In this document: positions 1-7,669 of the stretch, one piece after another
How the letters are laid out: each line of letters starts with the position of its first letter
How positions within the stretch are numbered: the first letter of the stretch is position 1
From: Candidatus Krumholzibacteriota bacterium
Lineage (GTDB): Bacteria; Krumholzibacteriota; Krumholzibacteriia; LZORAL124-64-63
Direction of reading: 5' to 3'
DNA length: 11,073 bases
Assembly (NCBI GenBank): GCA_039714075.1
Contig: JBDLKA010000113.1
Location: 1-11,073 of the forward strand
Made by a program: the position numbers and the translations under genes
Notes under the pieces: generated by a model
Told to the model about the DNA's origin: nothing
What the model saw: only the letters and a program-made list of their open reading frames with translations
Databases searched by the model: none

Positions 1-104
1 CCGACGGCATGAGTTGAAGATGGCCTACTGAACCATCCCGAATTAAGAACCAAGCACCATGAGAATCGGGAAAAACACAATTTCGAAGGCACAACCAAAT
101 TATT

Positions 105-128
105 AAAAAAGGCCCCCCGGGGGCCTTT
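105..128 (-). terminator. Rho-independent terminator of the DUF805 gene
   Basis: The minus strand reads AAAGGCCCCCGGGGGGCCTTTTTT: a GC stem followed by a T6 tract, about 40 nt after the TGA stop at 171-173. Confidence 0.8.
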
Positions 129-170
129 GTATGTTAACCCAACCCGCCGAGAGGCCTGAAATCATTCCCA

Positions 171-536
171 TCAAGCAGCGGCGCTGGAGATCTCCCCGTA
201 CTGGTTCCGTCCCCCCTGACCTTCCTGGACAAAGAAAAAGAGCAAGGCGATGGGACCGATGATGGGCACGAATATCAGCAGGTACCACATGCCCGAACGA
301 TTGGTGTCGTGAAGCCTGCGAACCGATACCGCGATGGTGGGAAGAAGAATCGCCAGCGTGTAGATACCGCCCAACAGGCCGTAGCCCGCACTGTTCATCG
401 AGCCCATTGAGTAGTCGATGGCAGCCAGAACCAACGATACGACGACATTGATCAGCACGAACATCCAATATTCCCTGCGGTGGGCGCGCCCACTGAATTT
501 CGCGTATTTTTTCAGGACTTCCAGATACCAACCCAT
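171..536 (-). CDS. DUF805 family inner-membrane protein (YhaH/YhaI-like), 121 aa
   Basis: Family signature WY..VLKKYA.FSGRA.R.EYW.F, AV.VRRLHDT.RSG.W and G..N.YG, with three hydrophobic segments. Start moved from 575 to the ATG at 536 (MGWYLEVL), which is preceded by the SD-like AAGGGAGA. Confidence 0.92.
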   Translation of the reverse strand: MGWYLEVLKKYAKFSGRAHRREYWMFVLINVVVSLVLAAIDYSMGSMNSAGYGLLGGIYTLAILLPTIAVSVRRLHDTNRSGMWYLLIFVPIIGPIALLFFFVQEGQGGRNQYGEISSAAA

Positions 537-585
537 GATTTTCTCCCTTTGGTTTTCCTTCGCTCGAATGGCCATGATAGTTAGG

Positions 586-615
586 CCTAATCCCTAACCC
601 CCTAATCCCTAACCC
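586..615. repeat. Perfect 15-bp tandem duplication (CCTAATCCCTAACCC x2) with TTAGGG-like units on the minus strand
   Basis: 586-600 and 601-615 are identical. The minus strand reads GGGTTAGGGATTAGGGGGTTAGGGATTAGG. Confidence 0.9.
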
Positions 616-674
616 ATTGGGTATCGGCATTGTCAGGGGAGCCTTTAACACCCACTGGAAATCTCGGTTTTAGG

Positions 675-702
675 AAAAAAAAAGCCCGGCCGAAGCCGGG
701 CT
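675..702 (-). terminator. Rho-independent terminator of the lipoprotein gene
   Basis: The minus strand reads AGCCCGGC-TTCG-GCCGGGCT followed by T8, with a cUUCGg tetraloop, about 25 nt after the stop at 727. Confidence 0.92.
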
Positions 703-726
703 CATGAATTGCCTGCATTGTTTGAA

Positions 727-1152
727 TTACTGGTTCTTCTCAGTCCGGAAGTTCAGGGTGCCGCTGCCGTTGGTCAGCGAAACCACGATCCGCCACTGGC
801 CCGTGGTTCCCTGATCGGTGGTGAAACTTCCGCCCTGGCTCAGGTCGCCCGAGTACACGGTTTTCGCCGCGCTGTCCTTGATGGTCAGGGTGATGGTCCC
901 GGCCGTGATGGCGGATGACTGGTCCACGTTGACGATGGTCCCGGTGGTCGTCCAGTCGTAGGTCCAGTAGCCCGTGTAGTTTTCCACGGAAGTGACCTGG
1001 AACTGGAAACTGTCCTGCAGATTGACGACCTCGGGCTCCACGCCGGGGAGCGGAGGACTTGTGGGCTCGTCGCTACTGCAACCGGTGACGGCTGCAATCA
1101 AGCAAATAGAGATGATTCCTGTTTTCATCAGGCGCTGGGAAATGGCGTTCAT
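727..1152 (-). CDS. Small predicted lipoprotein (141 aa), beta-rich domain, function unknown
   Basis: SD GGAGG at 1159-1163. Basic N-terminus, hydrophobic stretch and lipobox AVTG-C, then a Pro-rich linker (SSDEPTSPPLP) and a Thr/Ser/Gly-rich domain with alternating strand patterns. It has its own terminator. Confidence 0.82.
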   Translation of the reverse strand: MNAISQRLMKTGIISICLIAAVTGCSSDEPTSPPLPGVEPEVVNLQDSFQFQVTSVENYTGYWTYDWTTTGTIVNVDQSSAITAGTITLTIKDSAAKTVYSGDLSQGGSFTTDQGTTGQWRIVVSLTNGSGTLNFRTEKNQ

Positions 1153-1250
1153 TGTTTTCCTCCGTCATTGCAACTGCCTGGCTCCAGGCGTCTTATAGAC
1201 TTCAAGACGCCCAGGCAGATGTCTATTCGTGGCCTTGACGGAGATAAGAG

Positions 1251-1266
1251 AGCAATACCAATACCA
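1251..1266 (-). promoter_or_regulatory. Putative sigma54 (-24/-12) promoter of the lipoprotein gene
   Basis: The minus strand reads TGGTATTGGTATTGCT, which fits TGGYA..TTGCW with exact GG-N10-GC spacing. An AT-rich tract (1277-1310) lies immediately upstream. Confidence 0.6.
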
Positions 1267-1303
1267 AACCCTATGGTTTTAGTATGTATTTCAATAATTA
1301 ATA

Positions 1304-2182
1304 TTAATTGTGCTCCACCAGCCCCATCTCCAGGATGCTGGTCATGTCGTCGTAGGTGGCGTCCAGGCGGTCACGATAGGGCTCCAGCGATTCACGGATC
1401 TGGGCCGGCAATCCTTCTTCCCATAACAACCGCAGCGATTCCCGATCCATGGCTTCGGCTTCGGCGGCCAGCTCGGCGCGCCAGATATCGAAATCCAGGC
1501 CGGCCAAATCTCCCGCGTGCTCGTCCAGGGCTTGCAGCTGGTTGGCCAACACATCGCTCTGCACCCGGTTCACGAAACGGCGGACCTCGCGTTCGCGCTT
1601 TTCGCGGACTTCCTCTTCATCGCCCTTGCTGCCGGCGTTGGCTTCCCAGCGCCAACCATCATCCGAATCGTCATCGTCGTCCGAGGCCACCGTGAAACCC
1701 GGGCCGTCCGAGGGATCCTTGTCCAGCAACCCGTAATAGGCCAGGGCATAGATGTACTGGTACTCGCCCACGCCCATGCCCTGGTCCAGCATGACCTGGT
1801 TGCGCTCTTCGATGAAGATCAACAGCGAGGGAAGGAATTTCACGCCGGCCTGTATCTTGTCCATCCAGCCCGCATCGCCGGAGCCGTCCAGGGTCCGGAA
1901 CAATCCGGATACTTCCTGCTGCACCGGCTGCATGCCGTCGCGTACCGCAAGGAAGACCTCCATCCGGTCGGTGGGGATGCGGCCGTCGATCTCGGGGGTG
2001 AAATCGGAGGGGTGGCCGTATTCGGCATCCATCCTGTCGAAGGTCTCCTCGATCCTTTCGGTGCGGTCGGCGAACTTCTTCACGCCGAAATATCCGACGG
2101 TGCCGACACCGGCCATCACCAGAATAAAAAAGCCGCAACCGATGCCGCAGCCGATGAGCCATTTCTTCCCCGTGCCGGCCAT
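1304..2182 (-). CDS. Membrane-anchored hypothetical protein (292 aa)
   Basis: SD GGGGAG before the ATG. N-terminal KKWLIGCGIGCG followed by one TM helix, then a large acidic helical domain with a DDDDDSDD loop. Codon usage resembles neighbouring genes. Confidence 0.8.
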   Translation of the reverse strand: MAGTGKKWLIGCGIGCGFFILVMAGVGTVGYFGVKKFADRTERIEETFDRMDAEYGHPSDFTPEIDGRIPTDRMEVFLAVRDGMQPVQQEVSGLFRTLDGSGDAGWMDKIQAGVKFLPSLLIFIEERNQVMLDQGMGVGEYQYIYALAYYGLLDKDPSDGPGFTVASDDDDDSDDGWRWEANAGSKGDEEEVREKREREVRRFVNRVQSDVLANQLQALDEHAGDLAGLDFDIWRAELAAEAEAMDRESLRLLWEEGLPAQIRESLEPYRDRLDATYDDMTSILEMGLVEHN

Positions 2183-2307
2183 ATCAATCTCCCCTGTATG
2201 AATTCGGGTTGCCGTTCCGCCCTCTTGGCATGACTATATCCGGGAACCATACCCACGCAAACCAATGATATTCACCACCGATTGTTTCTGAAGGACGGTA
2301 TTTCGCG

Positions 2308-3987
2308 ATGGCTCAGCAGTACATCTACACCATGCAGGGACTGAAGAAGGTCGTGCCCGGCGGCAAGGAAATCCTCAAGGGCATCTGGCTCTCCTTCTTT
2401 CCCGGAGCCAAGATCGGCGTTATCGGCCTGAACGGGGCGGGCAAATCGACCCTGTTGAAGATCATGGCCGGGCTCGACGACGACTTCATCGGCGAAGCCA
2501 AACCCGACCCTTCGATCAAGGTGGGCTACCTGGCGCAGGAGCCCCAGCTCGACCTGTCCAAGGACGTCAAGGGCAACGTCGAAGAGGGCGTGGCCGCCAT
2601 GAAGGCCAAGCTGGACCGCTTCAACGAGATCAGTATGAAGATGTGCGAACCCATCGAAGACGACGAGATGAACAAGCTGATGGAGGAGATGGGCAAGCTA
2701 CAGGCCGAGATCGACGCCTCCGAAGGCTGGGACCTGGACCGCCACCTGGAAATCGCCATGGACGCCCTGCGCTGCCCGCCCGGCGACGCCGACGTGTCCA
2801 CCTTGTCTGGCGGTGAAATCCGCCGCGTGGCCCTGTGCCAGTTGCTGCTGAAAAAACCCGACCTGCTGCTTTTGGACGAGCCCACCAACCACCTGGACGC
2901 CGAGTCCGTGGCCTGGCTGGAACGCCATCTGCGGGAATACGAGGGCACCGTGGTGATCGTGACCCACGACCGCTACTTCCTGGACAACGTCACCGGCTGG
3001 ATCCTGGAGCTGGACATGGGCCAGGGCATCCCCTGGGAGGGCAACTACTCTTCCTGGCTGGAGCAGAAGCAGAACAAACTGCTGGAGCAGGAAAAGAAGG
3101 ACAACAAGCGCCTCAAAACCCTCCAAAGAGAGCTGGAGTGGGTCAATGCCTCGCAGAAGGCGCGGCAGAAGAAGAGCAAGGCGCGTGTCAGCCAATACGA
3201 AGAGCTGGTCAGCCAGGATCGCGAAATGCAGCAGGGCACCGCGCAAATCCGCATCCCCACCGGCGAACGGCTGGGCAACGTGGTCGTGAAGGCCGAAAAG
3301 GTGCGCAAGGCCTTCGGTGAGAAGCTGCTGTTCGACGACCTGAACTTCCATCTGCCGCGCGGCGGCATCGTGGGCGTGGTCGGCCCCAACGGCGCGGGCA
3401 AGACCACCCTGATGCGCATGATCACCGGCGACGAGACCCCCGACAGCGGCGAATTGACCATCGGGGAAACCGTGCAGCTGGCCTACGTGGACCAGTCGCG
3501 CGACGACCTGGACGGCGAAAAGACGGTCTGGGAAAACATCTCCGGCGGCGCCGACGAACTGGACCTGGGCGGCGTGATGGTCAACAGCCGCGCCTACTGC
3601 AGCGGCTTCAACTTCAAGGGCCACGACCAGCAGCGGAAGGTCGGCACCCTGTCGGGCGGCGAACGCAACCGGGTGCATCTGGCGCGTCTGTTGAAGAGCG
3701 GCGCCAACCTGATCCTGCTCGATGAGCCCACCAACGATCTGGACGTCGATACCCTGCGCGCGCTGGAAGACGCACTGATCTCGTTCGGCGGCTGCCTGGT
3801 CGTCGTCAGCCATGATCGCTGGTTCCTGGACCGGATCTGCACGCACACGCTGGCCTTCGAGGGGGACAGTAATGTGGCCTGGTACGAGGGGTCATACTCC
3901 GAGTACGAAGCCGATCGCAGGCGGCGGTTGGGTGAAGACGCTGACCAACCGCACAGGATCAAGTATCGCAAGCTGACACACGGGTAG
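2308..3987 (+). CDS. ettA: Energy-dependent translational throttle protein EttA (ABC-F ATPase)
   Basis: Two ABC domains (GLNGAGKST / LSGGE / [11 protein letters not shown] and GPNGAGKTT / LSGGE / [11 protein letters not shown]), no TM segments. Typical EttA termini AQQYIYTM...[11 protein letters not shown] and HRIKYRKL; linker ELEWV..S.KARQ.KSKAR. Confidence 0.96.
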   Translation: MAQQYIYTMQGLKKVVPGGKEILKGIWLSFFPGAKIGVIGLNGAGKSTLLKIMAGLDDDFIGEAKPDPSIKVGYLAQEPQLDLSKDVKGNVEEGVAAMKAKLDRFNEISMKMCEPIEDDEMNKLMEEMGKLQAEIDASEGWDLDRHLEIAMDALRCPPGDADVSTLSGGEIRRVALCQLLLKKPDLLLLDEPTNHLDAESVAWLERHLREYEGTVVIVTHDRYFLDNVTGWILELDMGQGIPWEGNYSSWLEQKQNKLLEQEKKDNKRLKTLQRELEWVNASQKARQKKSKARVSQYEELVSQDREMQQGTAQIRIPTGERLGNVVVKAEKVRKAFGEKLLFDDLNFHLPRGGIVGVVGPNGAGKTTLMRMITGDETPDSGELTIGETVQLAYVDQSRDDLDGEKTVWENISGGADELDLGGVMVNSRAYCSGFNFKGHDQQRKVGTLSGGERNRVHLARLLKSGANLILLDEPTNDLDVDTLRALEDALISFGGCLVVVSHDRWFLDRICTHTLAFEGDSNVAWYEGSYSEYEADRRRRLGEDADQPHRIKYRKLTHG

Positions 3988-4111
3988 GGGTGGTGGTTTT
4001 TCCACCTCCTCGAACAGCACAGACCCTCTCTGAAAAATGTCCTCGTCCGAGCCCTGCGGATTATTTTCAGAGAGGGTCTGTGCTGTTCGAGGAGGTGGAA
4101 AAAGCACCGCC
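3985..4111 (+). repeat. Long palindromic element copy 1: 40-bp perfect arms around a conserved 27-nt core
   Basis: 3997-4036 is the exact reverse complement of 4064-4103, and pairing extends imperfectly to 3989/4111. Core 4037-4063 is ATGTCCTCGTCCGAGCCCTGCGGATTA. The element begins TAGGGGTGGT at the ettA stop codon. Confidence 0.9.
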
Positions 4112-4186
4112 GCAACTCGAAGGTAACCTGCGGAACATCTACCTGGTGGATGCCCTCCCACCACCAAGCGGCCGTGCCATTCTGGG

Positions 4187-4208
4187 AAGTGTCCCCGGGG
4201 GCACTTTT
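4187..4208 (+). terminator. Possible intrinsic terminator between convergent ettA and the peptidase gene
   Basis: AAGTGTCC-CCGG-GGGCACTT stem (one G:U pair) running into TTTT. The U-tract is short. Confidence 0.5.
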
Positions 4209-4239
4209 CGTCGACTGAGACAAGAACTTCGCCCAAAGG

Positions 4240-6024
4240 TCAATTCAGAGAGTCGACCACCTCGCGGGAATCCAGGGCGCCCACCGGATAAATACCAACG
4301 CGTTGATCGAAGTATGGAGTCTTGGCGTAGAACCAGTAGCGGATCGCCCAGGGATCGGCGGCGAATTCGGGGTCGGCGGCCTTTCGTTCGGCCAGCTCCA
4401 CCGCCAACGACGGATCTTCCTTCAGCATTTCGATGATCATTTCCTCGATGACGTAGGACTCTACGTATTCCACCTGCTCGAAGACCGCGTCGAAAAAACC
4501 CCACTGCACCAGGGAGTCGGGGCCCTTGGGTTCCAGCAGGTGGGCGGCCACGCGCGCGGCTCTCTGGTTCATGTCCACCACCACCGATCCGGCGGGGAAA
4601 AGGCGGGTCTCGGTCAGGGGTTCGGCGGTGAAGGTGACCGGGTGACGCCCTTCATAGGGGCGCTCCCGCCATTTCGCTTCGGAGAATTTCCAGGTGCGGA
4701 TTTCAAGCTCCGCCGGTGAGGCCAACCGACGGAAAGCCACACCGTGGGCCGCCAGGCGCTCGATCGCCACGGTCCATGCGGGCGGGATGATGTAGGCCTC
4801 GGGCAGGTCGGCGGTCACCGAAGGGGTGTGTTTGCCGAAAAACCACAAGTCGCTTGTTTCGGGCTCGCCGGTGAACCGGTTCCACTCGCCCCCCGTCACC
4901 TCGCTGGTGATTGTTTCGTAGGACACGCCGGCAAACGCGACGGTGGTGGAATCGGCGGCCAGATCGAATTTCAACGGGTAGGGTTCGGAGCGAAAATCGG
5001 CACCGGCGGTGGCCTCATCCGCCGCTGCGACCAGGTCGCAAAGCTGTTCCGCCTCGGTGTTCAGCCAACCGAGGGTGTGGGTCACCAACTGTTTGGCGCT
5101 TTGTACGCGCGTGGCGTAATCCTTGAGCATGTGCGTTTCGATCAACAGGCCCGGCCGATTCTGCAGGGCGGTGTAACCCTGGCTGAACCGGGGGGTCGCC
5201 ACCCAGGTTTTCAGGCCGCTGCGCGGATCGTGCCACTTTTTGAAGGCCACATAGGGCGCCATGGGGAACCCGTCGGCGGCCATGGCCTCGTTCATTTTTT
5301 CCTCGTAGGCAATGGTCCATTCGGTCAGCCCCGGGTCCATGTTGCCGCGGGTCTCCAGGCTGTAGGTGATCGGATACTGGTAGTCGGCGCCGTCGGTGGA
5401 GTGGATGTCGATGAAAAAATCGGGCAGCCACTCGTTGAACATACCGAGCCACGCCCGCATTTCCGGAGTGTCGGCCTTCAGGTAATCGCGGTTCAGGTTC
5501 AGGTTCTGCCCCGTGACCCGCCAGCCCATCTCCTCGGGACCGTTCTGGTTGACGCGGCTGTAGGGACTGAAGCGCTCGTGCCCGTCCACGTTGAAGATGG
5601 GCACGAAGAGGATCGTCACCCTGTCCAGCAGTTCCGCCGCCAGGGCGGGATCCTCGGCCAGATCCCGCAGCAGCAGCATGCCCGCGTCCTTGCCGCAGGA
5701 TTCGCCGGCGTGGATGCAGGCCTGGACCAGCAGCACCACCCGGCCGGTGCGGTCATGGTGGTCCGCCGGCGCGAACCGTCCCTGGCGGTCGGCAATGACC
5801 AGAGGCAGCGAACGACCCTGGGGACTGGTGCCGAAAGTCGTCAGCTCGATGAGCGGGCTGCCCTCCGCCAAATCGGCGAACCAGGCCATGGTGTTTTCGT
5901 AGGTGGGCGTTCGAAGTCCGCCGGATTCTTCGAAGGGAGTCGGCACGGCCGACGCGGCGCCCGACAGGACAAGAACTCCGGTCAACAAGGTTAACATCGT
6001 GAAGATCCGGCTCCTGGTCATCAT
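4240..6024 (-). CDS. Secreted M14 family zinc carboxypeptidase (594 aa)
   Basis: Signal peptide ending AASA. Zinc motif IHAGE (HxxE), P..NVDG, NLNRD, third ligand in IDIH and candidate catalytic Glu in LLIETH, plus a C-terminal extension. SD-like GGAG before the start. Confidence 0.92.
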   Translation of the reverse strand: MMTRSRIFTMLTLLTGVLVLSGAASAVPTPFEESGGLRTPTYENTMAWFADLAEGSPLIELTTFGTSPQGRSLPLVIADRQGRFAPADHHDRTGRVVLLVQACIHAGESCGKDAGMLLLRDLAEDPALAAELLDRVTILFVPIFNVDGHERFSPYSRVNQNGPEEMGWRVTGQNLNLNRDYLKADTPEMRAWLGMFNEWLPDFFIDIHSTDGADYQYPITYSLETRGNMDPGLTEWTIAYEEKMNEAMAADGFPMAPYVAFKKWHDPRSGLKTWVATPRFSQGYTALQNRPGLLIETHMLKDYATRVQSAKQLVTHTLGWLNTEAEQLCDLVAAADEATAGADFRSEPYPLKFDLAADSTTVAFAGVSYETITSEVTGGEWNRFTGEPETSDLWFFGKHTPSVTADLPEAYIIPPAWTVAIERLAAHGVAFRRLASPAELEIRTWKFSEAKWRERPYEGRHPVTFTAEPLTETRLFPAGSVVVDMNQRAARVAAHLLEPKGPDSLVQWGFFDAVFEQVEYVESYVIEEMIIEMLKEDPSLAVELAERKAADPEFAADPWAIRYWFYAKTPYFDQRVGIYPVGALDSREVVDSLN

Positions 6025-6054
6025 GCTCCATCCATCCTTCTTGGTCTGTGGTTA

Positions 6055-6063
6055 TGTGGATAA
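6055..6063 (-). promoter_or_regulatory. Single perfect DnaA-box match (TTATCCACA)
   Basis: The plus strand reads TGTGGATAA, with an abutting 2-mismatch copy TGTGGTTAT at 6047-6055. Function is unproven. Confidence 0.3.
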
Positions 6064-6103
6064 CCTGGACGATACTACTGAATCCCAGCCAAAAGGATGC
6101 AGG

Positions 6104-6140
6104 AAAAAACAAGAGGGAGCCCCCGGGGGGACTCCCTCTT
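6104..6140 (-). terminator. Rho-independent terminator of the beta-barrel gene
   Basis: The minus strand reads AAGAGGGAGTCCC..GGGGCTCCCTCTT-GTTTTTT, 60 nt after the stop at 6201. Confidence 0.85.
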
Positions 6141-6200
6141 TCTGCAGGTATTACCGGCGCGCCTGACAGGGCGGAGCGTTCCGGATTGGGTTTTTCCTGT

Positions 6201-7379
6201 CTACCAGGCCAACCAGGCGGACAGGTAGGCAATGGGATCGTTGCCGATACCCTGGTTGCCGTTCAGGACAACATAACCGCTGTGCAGGGTCTGTTCTTCC
6301 AGAGCCATGTCGATGCCCCAGTTACCCTTGTCGACGCCCAGACCGAAGGTCCAGAAGAAGTCGTACGCACGTTCATTGTATTCATCCACCAGATCGACGC
6401 CGACTTCCTCGGACATGGTCTCGGTGGCGTTGTAGGACCTCACGCCGCCACGGGTAACGAACCAGGAGTTCAGGTAATACTCCATGGCGATGTTGTAACC
6501 GGGGAAGCTCATGGTCTTCCAATAGTCATCTCCGCCGAAGTCGTACTTCAGGTATTCGAAGTTCATGTAGGCGGCGACTTCCCACTCACCGGGATTGCCC
6601 CAAACAGGACCGAAGGAACCCCGGAAGCCGGTGGTGGACACATCTTCCGCGCCATCGGCATCGGGGCTATGGGAACCGTTGCCGAAGGCCGCGATCCAGC
6701 GCCAATCCAACCCGCCCATATCTTCCAGATCGCCCCGGGCCAGCAGGCTGAAGTTGAACATGCCGTAGTCGTTCTGGTTCTGGGGATCCAGCCCGTCGGA
6801 CTTGTCCTCGTAGCCACCAAAGCCGACTTCAGCGGCCAGATCGATCGTGCCGAGCGTGATACCGGCCTGGAGGCTCAGCATGCTGAGGCTCTCGTCGACA
6901 TCAGCTCCCGGCGTGCCGCCGGTAAACTCGTCTTTACTCGAGGCGTAGCTGATATTGACACCGAAGGGAGTGTCGCCCAGGTGGGTGGCCAATCCCAGGT
7001 CCCACCACTCCATGGGATCCTCGATGATCCCGGGAACACCGAACATCGGGAATGTGCCGAAACGATCGGCCGAGCCGGCGGCCCACGTGGCCGTGTTGTT
7101 CAGGAAATCACTCCGGCCGGTGTTGAAGTTCCACACCATGTTGTCGCCGAAGACCACCGAAGCGTTGCCTTCGTCGCCATTACCGGGAGCCATGTCGATG
7201 ATGACACGGTTCTTGTACTTGTGAAGCAGCTGGGGAAAGGCAAACATGTCATCAGCGTCATTGATGAACTGGTTGCCGGCAAGACTGGACCGACGTGCGG
7301 CCTGGGCATCCATGGCACCGGACACCAGAACGAGCGTCAGCGAAAGCAGCATAATAGCGCGCCAAGTATTGGACCTCAT
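6201..7379 (-). CDS. Outer-membrane beta-barrel / porin-like protein (392 aa)
   Basis: Start moved from 7448 to the ATG at 7379 (SD GGAGG at 7389-7393). Signal peptide ending AQA, many alternating aromatic/Gly amphipathic strands, acidic loops and a C-terminal beta-signal-like AYLSAWLAW. Confidence 0.82.
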   Translation of the reverse strand: MRSNTWRAIMLLSLTLVLVSGAMDAQAARRSSLAGNQFINDADDMFAFPQLLHKYKNRVIIDMAPGNGDEGNASVVFGDNMVWNFNTGRSDFLNNTATWAAGSADRFGTFPMFGVPGIIEDPMEWWDLGLATHLGDTPFGVNISYASSKDEFTGGTPGADVDESLSMLSLQAGITLGTIDLAAEVGFGGYEDKSDGLDPQNQNDYGMFNFSLLARGDLEDMGGLDWRWIAAFGNGSHSPDADGAEDVSTTGFRGSFGPVWGNPGEWEVAAYMNFEYLKYDFGGDDYWKTMSFPGYNIAMEYYLNSWFVTRGGVRSYNATETMSEEVGVDLVDEYNERAYDFFWTFGLGVDKGNWGIDMALEEQTLHSGYVVLNGNQGIGNDPIAYLSAWLAW

Positions 7380-7535
7380 CAGTAGCAACCTCCTGTTTTT
7401 TGATCCAGCATCTGCTCCCACCGCGCCGTTCGATCCACATCGATCCATCGTGTCAACCCAGTTGGGCGGCGGTGAGGCAACCTCGTTGTTGCCTCTTCAT
7501 TGCATGATGCCGGGTCAGCTTTTCTACTGATGGGA

Positions 7536-7567
7536 GTAATTAGGAGCCCTCCCCTAAAACCTGTCAA
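7536..7567 (-). promoter_or_regulatory. Possible sigma70 promoter for the beta-barrel gene
   Basis: Perfect -35 TTGACA on the minus strand (7562-7567), but only an imperfect -10 (CCTAAT or TAATTA) at 17-19 nt spacing. Confidence 0.4.
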
Positions 7568-7669
7568 CAGAAAATCCACAATTTTCCCGAATTTTCTGCC
7601 CAAATCCCCCAATAACCCCCAAATTCAGCACTTAATCCCTTGTTTAGGATGTTTCAGATCCATTTGGAT

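Noticed and set aside
1..31. Possible 3' end of an upstream + strand CDS (..RRHELKMAY*)
   Set aside because: Too short to support without flanking sequence.
1289..1301. IHF-like sites near the sigma54 promoter and at about 7622-7634
   Set aside because: Each has two or more mismatches to WATCAANNNNTTR in AT-rich DNA.
3997..4103. Short matches of the copy 1 arm to genes in the window (TGCTGTTCGA in ettA near 3326; AGGGTCTGT near 6286)
   Set aside because: Matches of 9-10 nt are expected by chance, so there is no evidence of an in-window guide target.
3594..4504. ORFs 3990..4436 (+), 3892..4236 (-), 3594..4223 (-) and 4139..4504 (-), two of which share the peptide FPPPRTAQTLSE
   Set aside because: The shared peptide is a by-product of the DNA palindrome. 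The ORFs overlap or run into real genes and have no protein-like composition.
7380..7448. Longer N-terminal starts given by the ORF track for the beta-barrel (7448) and DUF805 (575) genes
   Set aside because: The downstream ATGs have clear SD sequences and give a proper signal peptide or family N-terminus.
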